A DNA stretch of 64,000 nt, taken from positions 5,097-69,096 of the forward strand of contig CAWJWE010000004.1 of assembly GCA_963846525.1 (NCBI GenBank). The letters run 5' to 3'. Of this stretch, positions 19,752 through 31,930 are shown piece after piece (positions within the stretch are counted from its first letter, which is position 1; each line of letters begins with the position of its first letter). A program made the translations under genes and the position numbers. The stretch is from an uncultured Actinomycetota bacterium. GTDB taxonomy: Bacteria; Actinomycetota; Actinomycetes; JACCUZ01. The notes under the pieces were generated by a model. It was not told the DNA's origin, made no database searches, and worked only from the letters and a program-made list of their open reading frames with translations.

Positions 19752-20569
19752 AGGTCGACCTGACCCGTCGCGACCAGCACGGCCGGCCCGGTGAGCTCGA
19801 CGTGGCCGTCGGCCCGCTCGGTCACCGACAGCCGTCCGCCCGGCACGTCCACGACGTACGTCACGCCAGGGTCGGCACCGTCGGCGCGGGCGGACGCGAC
19901 CATGACGGCGCAGGCGCCGGTGCCGCAGGACCGGGTCTCGCCGACCCCGCGCTCGTGCACCCGCATCGCCACGTGCCGGTCGCCTCGGCGTACGACGAAC
20001 TCGACGTTGACGCCGTCGGGGAACGGCGGCTCCACCAGCGGCGTGACCTGCAGCTCGCCGGCGTCGGCGAGGTCCTCGACGAAGACGACCGCGTGCGGGT
20101 TTCCGGTGGTCACCTCGACGGCCGACCAGGTGTGCGCGCCCACGATCACCTTGCGGTCGGTCCCCGGCAGGGTCGCCGGCCCCATGTCGACGGTGACGTC
20201 GCCGATGACCGCCAGCCGCACCCGCTTCGCGCCGTCCCGGGTGAGCACGGTGAGCTCACCCGCCGGCTCCAGCCCCTCCTCGACCAGGTAGCGCGCGAAC
20301 ACCCTGATGCCGTTGCCGCACATCTCGGCGAGCGAACCGTCGGCGTTGCGGTAGTCCATGAACCACCGCGCGTCAGCCGCGCCCGGCAAGGCCCGGGCCT
20401 CGTCGTCGGCCTCGGTGCGGACGACGCGCAGCACACCATCGGCACCGACGCCGGCCCGGCGGTCGCACAGCCGGCGGACGAGGTCGGCCGTGAGGTCGAG
20501 CTCGCCCTCGGCGTCGGGCAGCAGCACGAAGTCGTTCTCGGTGCCGTGGCCCTTGACGAAGCGCATCAC
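19748..20569 (-). CDS. dapF: Diaminopimelate epimerase
   Basis: Both catalytic Cys motifs are present: EMCGNGIR and SCGTGACA. Confidence 0.9.
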   Translation of the reverse strand: MMRFVKGHGTENDFVLLPDAEGELDLTADLVRRLCDRRAGVGADGVLRVVRTEADDEARALPGAADARWFMDYRNADGSLAEMCGNGIRVFARYLVEEGLEPAGELTVLTRDGAKRVRLAVIGDVTVDMGPATLPGTDRKVIVGAHTWSAVEVTTGNPHAVVFVEDLADAGELQVTPLVEPPFPDGVNVEFVVRRGDRHVAMRVHERGVGETRSCGTGACAVMVASARADGADPGVTYVVDVPGGRLSVTERADGHVELTGPAVLVATGQVDL

Positions 20570-20687
20570 GGCACCAGCCTACGGCCGGGGCCGGGCGCGG
20601 CCCGCGCGGCTGTCTAGCGGATCGCAAGCGGCCACCAAGCGGGCTGCGGTTGACTTCGAGGGAGCCAGCGAGGATCAGGAGGACGCC

Positions 20688-21122
20688 ATGACCGTGGAGA
20701 CCGCGGAGCGGCGCGCTGACGTCGGGCCGAGCCGCGCCGTCCTGTACGGCGTCCTCACGCTCGCTGCGATCTCGGTGGCCGGCGCCGTGATCTCGGTGGC
20801 CGGCGACCTCAACCCGACCCTGCTCGATGCGATGGGCCCGGACGGGCACCTCTCGATCCCGCTGCCGATGATCGTCGTACAGGTCGCCCTGGCCGTCGCC
20901 GCGGGGTCCCGTCGCCGGCGGCTCGCGCTCATCGGTTCAGGGCTGCTCGCGGCCGCGCTGTCGATCAGCGTCGTCTCCGGGTTCTTCGACGGCGGGTACT
21001 CCGACGACCGGCTCTCGGCGTTCGAGCGGGCCTGTCAGATCACCCTGGTCGCTGCCCTCACCGTCGTCGCCGTCGTCGCCGCCGCCCGCTTCTGGCGGGT
21101 GCTGCGGTCGTCGGATCGCTGA
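20688..21122 (+). CDS. Small integral membrane protein
   Basis: ATG at 20688 after an AGGAGG SD; four predicted hydrophobic helices. Confidence 0.55.
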   Translation: MTVETAERRADVGPSRAVLYGVLTLAAISVAGAVISVAGDLNPTLLDAMGPDGHLSIPLPMIVVQVALAVAAGSRRRRLALIGSGLLAAALSISVVSGFFDGGYSDDRLSAFERACQITLVAALTVVAVVAAARFWRVLRSSDR

Positions 21123-21168
21123 CGACAAGTCGTTCGCGCCGCGTCATGGGCTCGGCCAGGATGACCGG

Positions 21169-22071
21169 ATGCCGCCACCCCGTCTGCACCACGACGAGGT
21201 CGACATCGACACCGCTCTGGCGCAGCGGCTGGTCGCCGAGCAGCTGCCCGAGCACGCACGGCTGCCACTGCACCGGGTCGCGTCGGGTGGCACCGAGCAC
21301 GCGGTGTTCCGGCTCGGTGACGACCTCGCCCTCCGGATGCCGATGACCCCGGGCGCTGTCACCGGCCTGCTCAAGGAGGTGCGCTGGCTGGCCACGCTCG
21401 CTCCTCACCTGTCACTGGACGTGCCGGAGGTCGTCGCGATGGGTGAGCCCGCCGAGGACTACCCGTTCCCGTGGGCCGTCGTGTGCTGGCTGCCCGGCGA
21501 GGACGCCGTGTCCGGACGGCTGACGTCGCTGCACGAGACGGCTGTGCGGCTCGGCCGGTTCGTCGCCGAGCTGCAGGGCATCGACATGATCGACGCGCCC
21601 GCCCCGGGCTCGGAGGGGTTCAGCCGAGGGCTGCCGCTGGCGAGGGCGGACACCGCGGTCCGCCGGGTCCTGCCGCAGTGCGAGGGAATGATCGACGTAC
21701 GGCGGGTGGTCGCGGCCTGGGACGACGCACTGGCCGCCCCGGTCTGGGACGGTCGGCCCGTCTGGCTGCACGCCGACCTGATCCCGCCGAACCTGCTGGT
21801 GCGGGACGGCAACCTGGCCGGAGTGCTCGACTTCGGGGCGATGGCCACCGGCGACCCGGCGTACGACGTCACCCCGGCCTGGCACCTGCTCGACCGGGAC
21901 AGCCGACCTGAGTTCCTCGAGATCGTCGGGGCGGACGACGCGACCTGCCGTCGCGCGCGCGGGATCGTCGTGTCCTACGCCGTGTTCGCCCTGCCGTACT
22001 ACCTGCACACGAACCCGACGATGGTGGCGATCGCCCTACGGGGGATCGAGGAGGTCCTCGCCGATGAGTAG
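21169..22071 (+). CDS. Aminoglycoside phosphotransferase (APH) family kinase
   Basis: Brenner motif HADLIPPNLLV and DFG (VLDFGAM). Confidence 0.8.
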   Translation: MPPPRLHHDEVDIDTALAQRLVAEQLPEHARLPLHRVASGGTEHAVFRLGDDLALRMPMTPGAVTGLLKEVRWLATLAPHLSLDVPEVVAMGEPAEDYPFPWAVVCWLPGEDAVSGRLTSLHETAVRLGRFVAELQGIDMIDAPAPGSEGFSRGLPLARADTAVRRVLPQCEGMIDVRRVVAAWDDALAAPVWDGRPVWLHADLIPPNLLVRDGNLAGVLDFGAMATGDPAYDVTPAWHLLDRDSRPEFLEIVGADDATCRRARGIVVSYAVFALPYYLHTNPTMVAIALRGIEEVLADE

Positions 22072-22131
22072 CAGGCGTCGGCCCGGTCTTATCGGCAGCA
22101 CACCACCGGAGCGAAGACGAGGAGCAGCACA

Positions 22132-22968
22132 GTGACCGCCACCGACTGGACCACCGACACGCATGGCACCGGCAGCTACGCCGAGGTCAACGGCCTCAAC
22201 ATGTACGTCGAGACCCATGGCGCCGGCCGGCCGCTGATCCTGCTGCACGGCGGTCTCGGGTCCGGCGAGATGTTCGGGGGCCCGGTCCTTGCGGCCCTGG
22301 CCGAGCGCCACCGGGTGATCGTCCCCGACCTGCAGGGGCACGGACGGACCGCCGACATCGATCGGCCCCTCGACCTCGGCCTGATGGCCGACGACATCGC
22401 AGCGCTGATCGACCACCTGGACCTCGACCGGCCGGACCTCGTCGGCTACTCGCTCGGCGGAGGTGTTGCCTTCCGGACCGCGGTGAAGTACCCCGACAAG
22501 GTCGGCAAGCTGGTGGTGGCGTCAGCGTACTTCCGGTCCGACGCCCCCTACTCCGACATCCTGGCGCAGCAGGGCCAGGTGAGCGCGGCGGCCGCCGAGT
22601 TCATGAAGGACACGCCGATGTACCAGCTCTACCACCGGGTCGCGCCGCGACCTGAGGACTTCGGCCAGATCCTCGACAAGATCGGCGCGTACATGGCGCA
22701 GCCGTTCGACTTCACCGAGGACCTGCGCGGACTCCAGGTGCCGACGATGCTCGTCTGCGCCGATGCCGACATGGCGCCACCGAGCCACTTCGTCGAAGCC
22801 TTCACGCTCCTCGACGGTGGCCTGCGGGACGGCGGCTGGATGGGCGAGACCCGACCCAAGGGCGGCCACGCGCTCGCGATCCTGCCCGGCCTGACGCACT
22901 ACAACAGCTTCAGCTCGCCGCTCTTCGCCACGGCTACCCTCGCCTTCCTCGAGGAGCAGCAGAGCTGA
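22132..22968 (+). CDS. Alpha/beta hydrolase
   Basis: HGGLGS oxyanion region, nucleophile elbow GYSLGG, and a C-terminal His (GLTHY). Confidence 0.8.
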   Translation: MTATDWTTDTHGTGSYAEVNGLNMYVETHGAGRPLILLHGGLGSGEMFGGPVLAALAERHRVIVPDLQGHGRTADIDRPLDLGLMADDIAALIDHLDLDRPDLVGYSLGGGVAFRTAVKYPDKVGKLVVASAYFRSDAPYSDILAQQGQVSAAAAEFMKDTPMYQLYHRVAPRPEDFGQILDKIGAYMAQPFDFTEDLRGLQVPTMLVCADADMAPPSHFVEAFTLLDGGLRDGGWMGETRPKGGHALAILPGLTHYNSFSSPLFATATLAFLEEQQS

Positions 22969-22981
22969 CCGAAGAGGTCGT

Positions 22982-23038
22982 CGAGTGGCGCGTTCCGGTT
23001 GATTCTGGCCGTGAAACACGACCGGAACGCGCCACTCG
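22982..23038. repeat. Palindromic intergenic element, copy 1 (bidirectional terminator-like)
   Basis: An 18-bp perfect stem cgagtggcgcgttccggt / accggaacgcgccactcg around a 21-nt loop, between convergent genes. It shares the core AGTGGCGCGTTCCG with 60039-60095. Confidence 0.7.
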
Positions 23039-23059
23039 TGCAGTCTGCGGTTGCTCGGC

Positions 23060-24880
23060 TCAGCGCGGGTTCACGACCCGGGCGTCACCGCCGCCGCGGC
23101 GCACCGGCTCGGCCACCGCCACCATCCGGCCCCGGTTGCCGAACCGGATGCCGGTGACGGCGCCGATCTCGCCGAAGGCGGATGCCGGCGGGTCGACGAA
23201 GGTGTGCCCGTAGACCGCGAGGCCGGTCCGGTCGAACGCCGGCTCTGCCTGCACCGCCGCGGTGTTGCGCTGGCTGGCCCGCGGGGCGGCCACGGCGCGC
23301 GGCAGCGACATCCCGAAGTCCAGCCGGTTGAGCAGGACCTGCAGGACCGTGGTGATGATCGTCGAGCCGCCCGGTGAACCGAGGGCGAGCACCGGCCGGC
23401 CGTGGTCGGTGACGATCGTCGGCGACATCGACGACCGCGGGCGCTTGCCGGGGCCGGGTGCGTTCGGCGCGCTGGCCGACGTCGGCTCGAGGTCGAAGTC
23501 GGTCAGCTCGTTGTTCAGCAGGAACCCGCGGCCTGGCACGGTCAGCGCGCTGCCGCCGGTCTGCTCGATGGTCAGCGTGTAGGTGACCACGTTGCCCCAG
23601 CGGTCGGCCGTGGTGAGGTGCGTCGTGGACAGCCCCTCGCCGTCGCGCGAAGCCCCGCGGACGGTGTCGTCGGCGCCGTTGCAGTCGGTGTCGTAGTGGC
23701 CGTCCGGTACGCCGGCGGGGACCGGCTTGGGGGCGGCCTTGGTCTGGTCCAGCCGGCAGAACCGCTCGTCGGCGAACCCCTGCGACAGCAGCTGACCGAG
23801 AACACCTGCCTGCATGGCGCTCGGCGCCCCGACGTAGGCACCGCGGTCGGCGAAGGCCAGCGCGCTCGCCTCGAGGTAGGCGTGCAGCGCCTTGGTCGGG
23901 TCTGTCCGGAAGGTGCCGCCGAGGTCGAGGTTCTCCAGGACGTTCAGCGCCTCGCCGACGGTGGAGCCGCCGCTGGACGGCGGCGCCATCCCCCACACCC
24001 GCTGCCCGCGGTAGCCGACGCTGGTGGGCTTGCGGGAGACAGCGCGGTAGTCGGCCAGGTCGTCGCGGGTCATCAAGCCGGGGCGGACGTTGCGGGTGGC
24101 CGCCGGTTCCTTCGGCGGTGCCTGCACGGTGTGCACGATCTCGCGGCCGAGTCGGCCGTCGTACAGCCAGCCGACACCCTTGCGACCCAGCCGGTCGTAG
24201 GTGTCGGCGAGGTCCGGGTTGCGGAACACCGAGCCGACCGCCGGCAGGGCTCCGCCCGGCAGGAACAGGTCGCGGGTCGGGACGATGTCGCGGAACCGGG
24301 CCTCGTTGGACGCGGTCTGGTTGTAGAAGGTCTGGTCGACGACGAACCCGTGGCGGGCGACCTGGGCCGCCGGCGCGAGCGCCTGGGCGAGGCTCAGCGT
24401 GCCCCAGCGGCTCAGGGCGCGGGACCAGAGGCGCGGCGTCCCGGGCACACCGACCGACAGGCCGCTGTTCACCGCCTCGTCGAAGCTGATGCCGCGGTAG
24501 GTGTCGGCCGTGGTCGCCTTCGGCGCGGTCTCGCGCCCGTCGAGGGTGCGCACCTTGCCGGACTCCGCGTCGTACACGACGAAGAACCCACCACCGCCGA
24601 TGCCGGCGGAGTAGGGCTCGGTGACCCCGAGGGTGGCGGCCGCGGCGACGGCGGCGTCCACGGCGTTCCCGCCGCGGCGCAGCACCCGCAGCCCGGCCCG
24701 GGTGGCCTCCGGGTCCACCGTGCTGACGGCGCCGCCGCGTCCCACCGCGGTCGGCTGCTTCGCGGTGGCGCGCTGCACGGCGTCCTCGGCGGCGCCCGCC
24801 TGCGGCGGCCCGGCGAGGAGGGCGACGGGGACGGCCAGGGCCGTCGCGGCGGCGAGCATGAAGTGGCGGCGAAGAATCAT
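23060..24880 (-). CDS. ggt: Gamma-glutamyltransferase
   Basis: 606 aa with a signal peptide and GGT family blocks (GIGGGGFFVVYD, autoprocessing region SSMSPTIV, GSPGGSTIITTVLQ). Confidence 0.9.
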   Translation of the reverse strand: MILRRHFMLAAATALAVPVALLAGPPQAGAAEDAVQRATAKQPTAVGRGGAVSTVDPEATRAGLRVLRRGGNAVDAAVAAAATLGVTEPYSAGIGGGGFFVVYDAESGKVRTLDGRETAPKATTADTYRGISFDEAVNSGLSVGVPGTPRLWSRALSRWGTLSLAQALAPAAQVARHGFVVDQTFYNQTASNEARFRDIVPTRDLFLPGGALPAVGSVFRNPDLADTYDRLGRKGVGWLYDGRLGREIVHTVQAPPKEPAATRNVRPGLMTRDDLADYRAVSRKPTSVGYRGQRVWGMAPPSSGGSTVGEALNVLENLDLGGTFRTDPTKALHAYLEASALAFADRGAYVGAPSAMQAGVLGQLLSQGFADERFCRLDQTKAAPKPVPAGVPDGHYDTDCNGADDTVRGASRDGEGLSTTHLTTADRWGNVVTYTLTIEQTGGSALTVPGRGFLLNNELTDFDLEPTSASAPNAPGPGKRPRSSMSPTIVTDHGRPVLALGSPGGSTIITTVLQVLLNRLDFGMSLPRAVAAPRASQRNTAAVQAEPAFDRTGLAVYGHTFVDPPASAFGEIGAVTGIRFGNRGRMVAVAEPVRRGGGDARVVNPR

Positions 24881-24893
24881 GCCGACATCTCTA

Positions 24894-25814
24894 TCAGGAA
24901 CGGGTCAATTCGCCCAGGGCCTGGGCCGTCAGGTCCGGATCGGCGGCATCCAGCCAGACCACCCGGGGGTCCCGGCGGAACCAGGACTCCTGGCGGCGGG
25001 CGAACCGGCGGGTCGCCCGCACGGTCTCGTCCCGCGCCTGCTCCTCGGTCCACTCCCCGGCCAGGTGCCGCAGCACCTGTGCGTAGCCCAGGGCCCGGGA
25101 CGCGGTGCGCCCCTCACGCAGCCCGGCGTCGGCCAGCCGGCGCACCTCCTCGACCAGCCCCAGGGCCCACATCCGGTCAACCCGCGCCGCGATCCGCTCG
25201 TCGAGGGCCGGCCGGGGCAGGCTGAGCCCGAGCTGCACCGCGGGCACCTCGTACGCGGGCTCGGGCAGAGTCGCGGTGAACGGCCGGCCGGTCAGCTCCA
25301 CCACCTCGAGGGCGCGGACCAGCCGACGGCCGTTGCTCGGCAGGATCGCCCGCGCCGCGGCGGGGTCGATCGCGGCGAGCCGCTGGTGCAGGGCGCCGGG
25401 ACCTTCGGCGGCGAGCTGCGCCTCCAGGCGGGCGCGCAGCTGCGGGTCGGTGCCCGGGAACTCCAGCCGGTCCAGGGCCGCGCGCACGTAGAGCCCCGAC
25501 CCGCCGACGAGCACCGGCACGGCTCCGCGCGCCCGAGCCGCGGCGAACGCGGCACGAGCCATTCGCTGGTAGCCGGCCACGTTGGCCTCGGTGCGGACGT
25601 CCCACACGTCCAGGACGTGGTGGACGACACCTCCCTGCTCGGCCTCGGTGAGCTTCGCGGTGCCGACGTCCATGCCGCGGTAGAGCTGCATCGAGTCGGC
25701 GTTGACGATCTCGCCGCCGAGCTGCTGCGCGAGGGCGACGCCCAACTCGCTCTTGCCGACCGCGGTGGCGCCGACCACCGCCACCACGGGGGACGGCTCT
25801 GCGGTGGGGGTCAC
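24894..25814 (-). CDS. miaA: tRNA dimethylallyltransferase MiaA
   Basis: GTG at 25812-25814; P-loop VVGATAVGKSELG, then NADSMQLYRGMDVGTAK. Confidence 0.9.
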   Translation of the reverse strand: MTPTAEPSPVVAVVGATAVGKSELGVALAQQLGGEIVNADSMQLYRGMDVGTAKLTEAEQGGVVHHVLDVWDVRTEANVAGYQRMARAAFAAARARGAVPVLVGGSGLYVRAALDRLEFPGTDPQLRARLEAQLAAEGPGALHQRLAAIDPAAARAILPSNGRRLVRALEVVELTGRPFTATLPEPAYEVPAVQLGLSLPRPALDERIAARVDRMWALGLVEEVRRLADAGLREGRTASRALGYAQVLRHLAGEWTEEQARDETVRATRRFARRQESWFRRDPRVVWLDAADPDLTAQALGELTRS

Positions 25815-25853
25815 GGGACCGCAGTCTCGCGCACCGCGCACTACGGTGGGCGC

Positions 25854-26099
25854 ATGGGCATGTTCGACAACCTCAAGAAGAAGGCCACGGCTGCGGTCGA
25901 CCAGCACGGCGACAAGATCGCGTCGGGCATCGACAAGGCGGCCGACCTGGCCGACAAGAAGACCAAGGGCAAGCACGGCGGCCAGATCACCAAGGGGGCT
26001 ACGGCGGCCAAGGGCGCGCTGGACAAGCTCGACGGTCGCGACGACGACATCCCGAACGACCCGACGCCGAAGCCCGCCGACAGGCCGCCGCAGCCCTGA
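25854..26099 (+). CDS. Small Lys/Asp-rich protein resembling the MT0933/Rv0909 antitoxin-like family
   Basis: MGMFDNLKKKATAAVDQHGDKIASGIDKAADLADKKTKGKHGGQI... (81 aa). Confidence 0.55.
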   Translation: MGMFDNLKKKATAAVDQHGDKIASGIDKAADLADKKTKGKHGGQITKGATAAKGALDKLDGRDDDIPNDPTPKPADRPPQP

Positions 26100-26106
26100 C
26101 CTTGGC

Positions 26107-26805
26107 TCAGCCGGCCGGCCGCCAGGTCGCGACCAGGTAGGTCACGCCGTAGGGCGAGCCGACCCAGGTCACCGACCCGCGCCAGCGGCTGTCTCCGGCC
26201 GCGCCGGCCAGCACCTGCCACGGTGCCCGACCGGCCGCGAGCAGGTCGTCGGCCCGTCCTGGCTCGATGGCTGCGAGCGCGGCCGGGTCGCCAGCCCGCA
26301 GAGCCGCCTCGACCTCGGCGTCGAGCGCCTCGGCGTCGGGGTGCAGCCCGCCCGGCCCCTTGAGGCTGCGCCGGGCGCTGCCGTCGCCCATCACCAGCAG
26401 CGCCACCCGGTCGGCCCGGGCCGCCAGGGCCTCGCCCAGGGCCGCGCAGCGGTCCGGGGCGGCGTCCGGCTCGACGCCGAACAGCAGCGCGGGCAGCGCC
26501 GGGGCGGCGCGGTCGAGCAGCCAGCGGCCGAGGGTGAGGGCGAGCGGGAGGGTCGGAGGGCCCTCCCCCGCACCGACCGGCACCCGCACGCCGTACGGCG
26601 ACAGGCTCCCCCACGCGGTCTCGGGGAACGGGCCCACCACCGGCGCGCCGCCGACCACCACGACCAGCGCCGGGTCGACCGCGAGCAGGTCGGCGACCGC
26701 CGCGTCGCAGGCCGCCCGCAGCTCGTCGAGCTCGCCGGAGGCACCGGCCCCGACACCCGGGACGAGCAGCGGCGGATGCGGGCACACCGCGGCGGCAACG
26801 AGCAC
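26107..26805 (-). CDS. Class III extradiol dioxygenase subunit-B-like domain protein
   Basis: The GTG at 26803-26805 lies 1 nt after the miaB stop. The N-terminus is VLVAAAVCPHPPLLVPGV... Confidence 0.5.
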   Translation of the reverse strand: MLVAAAVCPHPPLLVPGVGAGASGELDELRAACDAAVADLLAVDPALVVVVGGAPVVGPFPETAWGSLSPYGVRVPVGAGEGPPTLPLALTLGRWLLDRAAPALPALLFGVEPDAAPDRCAALGEALAARADRVALLVMGDGSARRSLKGPGGLHPDAEALDAEVEAALRAGDPAALAAIEPGRADDLLAAGRAPWQVLAGAAGDSRWRGSVTWVGSPYGVTYLVATWRPAG

Positions 26806-26806
26806 G

Positions 26807-28282
26807 TCAGCCGCAGGTGGCGACGGAGGCCGCCGGGACCGGCGCGCCGACCCCCGGCATGCCGAGCAGCACGCCGGCCGGCATCGGCGTACCGACCTGC
26901 CGGGCCTGCCAGGCGTCGCCGGCCCGGGTACGACGGACGCCGCCGAACCTGCCATCGGCCACCAGGTGGTGCGGAGCCGCGTAGGTCACCTCGACCGTCG
27001 CGACGTCGCCCGGGCGGGGCGCGGTGACGTCCGGCGGGACCGCGAAGTGCACCAGCCGGTTGTCGGGTGCGCGACCGGACTGGCGGTGCGTGGCGCCGTC
27101 CTTGCGGCCCTCGCCCTCGGCGACCAGCACGTCGAGGACCCGACCGACCTGTCGGCTGTTCTCGGCCCAGGAGATCTCCTCCTGCAGCGCGAGGAGCCGC
27201 TCGTACCGTTCCTGCACCACGGCCTTCGGCAGCTGGTCGGGCAGCTCGGCCGCCGGCGTGCCGGGGCGCTTGGAGTACTGGAAGGTGAAGGCGCCGGCGA
27301 ACCGGGCCTCGCGCACCACGTGCAGCGTCCGGGCGAAGTCGTCGTCGGTCTCGCCCGGGAACCCGACGATGATGTCGGTGGTGATCGCGGCGTCCGGCAT
27401 CGCGGTACGCACCCGGTCGATGATGCCGAGGTACCGCTCCTGCCGGTAGGACCGGCGCATCGCCTTGAGCATCCGGTCCGAGCCGGACTGCATGGGCATG
27501 TGCAGTGAGTGCATGACGTTCGGTGTCTCGGCCATCGCGGCGATCACGTCGTCGGTGAAGTCCTTCGGGTGTGGGGAAGTGAACCGCACCCGCTCCAGCC
27601 CCTCGATCACGCCGCACGCGCGGAGCAGCTTGCCGAACGCCAGCCGGTCGCCGAACTCGACGCCGTAGGAGTTCACGTTCTGCCCGAGCAGGGTCACCTC
27701 GAGCACGCCCTCGGCCACCAGCGCCTCGACCTCGGCCAGGACGTCGCCCGGGCGACGGTCCTTCTCGGTGCCGCGCAGCGCAGGCACGATGCAGAACGTG
27801 CAGGTGTTGTTGCAGCCGACGCTGATCGAGACCCAGGCGGCGTACGGCGACTCGCGCCGGGTCGGCAGCGTGGAGGGGAAGACCTCCAGCGACTCGACGA
27901 TCTCGACCTGGGCCGTCTCGTTGTGCCGGGCCCGCTCGAGCAGCACCGGCAGCGCGCCGATGTTGTGGGTGCCGAACACGACGTCCACCCACGGGGCGCG
28001 GCGGGTGATCTCGCCACGGTCCTTCTGCGCCAGGCAGCCGCCGACCGCGATCTGCATGCCGGGGTTGGCCTTCTTCACCGGCGCGAGATGGCCGAGGTTG
28101 CCGTAGAGCTTGTTGTCGGCGTTCTCCCGCACCGCGCAGGTGTTGAACACCACCACGTCGGGCTGCTCACCCTCGGCGGCCCGGACGTAGCCGGCCTCCT
28201 CGAGCAGCCCGGAGAGCCGCTCGGAGTCGTGCACGTTCATCTGGCACCCGTGGGTGCGGACCTGGTAGCTGCGGACGCTCAT
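26807..28282 (-). CDS. miaB: tRNA-i6A37 methylthiotransferase MiaB
   Basis: N-terminal MTTase ([13 protein letters not shown]), radical-SAM motif CNNTCTFC, and a TRAM C-terminus. Confidence 0.95.
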   Translation of the reverse strand: MSVRSYQVRTHGCQMNVHDSERLSGLLEEAGYVRAAEGEQPDVVVFNTCAVRENADNKLYGNLGHLAPVKKANPGMQIAVGGCLAQKDRGEITRRAPWVDVVFGTHNIGALPVLLERARHNETAQVEIVESLEVFPSTLPTRRESPYAAWVSISVGCNNTCTFCIVPALRGTEKDRRPGDVLAEVEALVAEGVLEVTLLGQNVNSYGVEFGDRLAFGKLLRACGVIEGLERVRFTSPHPKDFTDDVIAAMAETPNVMHSLHMPMQSGSDRMLKAMRRSYRQERYLGIIDRVRTAMPDAAITTDIIVGFPGETDDDFARTLHVVREARFAGAFTFQYSKRPGTPAAELPDQLPKAVVQERYERLLALQEEISWAENSRQVGRVLDVLVAEGEGRKDGATHRQSGRAPDNRLVHFAVPPDVTAPRPGDVATVEVTYAAPHHLVADGRFGGVRRTRAGDAWQARQVGTPMPAGVLLGMPGVGAPVPAASVATCG

Positions 28283-28347
28283 AGCGCCTCACAGCGTACG
28301 GGCTGGCGTCGGTCCCGGCCCGCGCTGCCGTGACGGTCCTGGCCCGG

Positions 28348-28806
28348 TCAGCGCCAGCCGTGGTCGCGGCGCAGGGCCGCGGCCACCGTGTCGAACCGCT
28401 GCCGGTCCAGGATCGCTCCCTCGCGCCGGATGCCGTCCTCGGGCAGCTCGATCACCCGGTCCAGCCGGACCCAGCTCGGCCGTTGCTCGCCGTCCCAGGC
28501 GCCCGAGCCGAGCCCGAGCCACTCGGGGTCGCCACGGTGGTAGTCCTGGCTGGACAGCATCAGCCCCAGCACCGTGTCGCCCTGGCGGCCGACGACCAGA
28601 ACCGGCCGGTCCTTGCCCTGGCCGGCGTCCTCCTCGTAGGCGACCCAGGCCCAGACCACTTCTCCAGGGTCGGCGCGGCCGTCCAGGACGGGGCTGTACT
28701 CGAGGTGCCGGCCAGCCGGAGGGCCCGGCCGGACCGTCGTCCGTGCCGGGCGTCCGCCGGGGCCGCTGTCGGACCGCCACCCGCAGAGCGCGACGGGCCA
28801 GGTCAC
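28348..28806 (-). CDS. PemK/MazF-like toxin family protein (orphan; N-terminus uncertain)
   Basis: DPGEVVWAWVAYEEDAGQGKDRPVLVVGRQG... resembles the PemK-like core. A better-placed ATG at 28822 (MSSPLRDLARRAL..) is in another frame, so a 5-prime frameshift is possible. Confidence 0.5.
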   Translation of the reverse strand: MTWPVALCGWRSDSGPGGRPARTTVRPGPPAGRHLEYSPVLDGRADPGEVVWAWVAYEEDAGQGKDRPVLVVGRQGDTVLGLMLSSQDYHRGDPEWLGLGSGAWDGEQRPSWVRLDRVIELPEDGIRREGAILDRQRFDTVAAALRRDHGWR

Positions 28807-28831
28807 GCAACGGACTGCTCATCCCCCGACC

Positions 28832-29401
28832 CTACGGTTGCTCCTGCTCGTCCTCGCCCTCGGCGTCCAACGCCTCACGGACCACCGCCACCGCCATCCC
28901 GCCGGGATAGCCCTTGCGGGCCAGCTGCCCGACCAGCCGTCGGGTCCGCGCCTCCCGGGTGAGGCCGCGGGTAGCCGGCAGCCGGCGGGTCACCAGGGCC
29001 CGGGCAGCTGCGGCCTCGTCGTCGACGTCGATCGCGTCGACCGCGCCCGCGACGGTCTCGTCGTCGACGCCCTTGTCGCGCAGCTCGCGTCTCAGCGCGC
29101 TGCGCGACAGCCCCCGACCGGCGTGCCGGGTGCGCACCCAGGTCTCGGCGAACGCCGCGTCGTCGATCAGGCCCACCTCGACGAACCGGTCGAGCACCCG
29201 CTCGGCGACCTCGGCCGGAACCTCGCGGGCAGCCAGGTCGGCCGCCAGCTGCGCCCGCGTGCGGGGGGCGGCTGCCAGCCGGCGCAGCAGGATCGTGCGA
29301 GCCACCGACTCCGGGTCCGGGTCCGGACCGGAGTCGGCCAGGCTGCCGGGGGTCGGCCCGCTGGGGCCGCCCCCGACCCGCCGGGTCGGGCGGACGGTCA
29401 C
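28832..29401 (-). CDS. recX: Recombination regulator RecX
   Basis: The GTG at 29399-29401 is immediately after the recA stop. RecX repeats are present (ARTILLRRLAAAPRTRAQL..., AFAETWVRTRHAGRGLSRSALRRELRDKGV). Confidence 0.85.
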   Translation of the reverse strand: MTVRPTRRVGGGPSGPTPGSLADSGPDPDPESVARTILLRRLAAAPRTRAQLAADLAAREVPAEVAERVLDRFVEVGLIDDAAFAETWVRTRHAGRGLSRSALRRELRDKGVDDETVAGAVDAIDVDDEAAAARALVTRRLPATRGLTREARTRRLVGQLARKGYPGGMAVAVVREALDAEGEDEQEQP

Positions 29402-29403
29402 GG

Positions 29404-31743
<2,340 letters not shown>

Positions 31744-31881
31744 GGCTGCCGTCCCGGGAGAGGAGGATCGAGTCGTCTTCTTCGTCACGTGTCCGAACCT
31801 AGAGCCGACCCCGGACATGACCTGCGGGGCCGGACGAGTCTGTGGAGATCACTGATCGGGTCTGTCATCTGTGGACGCTAC

Positions 31882-31897
31882 CCGAACACCTGTTCGA
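31882..31897. promoter_or_regulatory. LexA (SOS) box upstream of recA
   Basis: ccgaacacctgttcga (minus-strand TCGAACAGGTGTTCGG), about 140 nt upstream of the recA ATG. Confidence 0.7.
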
Positions 31898-31930
31898 CCT
31901 CTGGAGGCGCGCCGCGACACGCCGGAGAAG

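Noticed and set aside
23402-25225. A 607-aa plus-strand ORF
   Set aside because: It is antisense to ggt and miaA, with an Arg/Gly/Pro-dominated translation and no motifs. The opposite-strand genes are clearly real.
25854-28806. The MT0933-like small protein and the PemK-like protein as a toxin-antitoxin pair
   Set aside because: They are 2.2 kb apart, on opposite strands, and separated by two unrelated genes, so they are not an operon.
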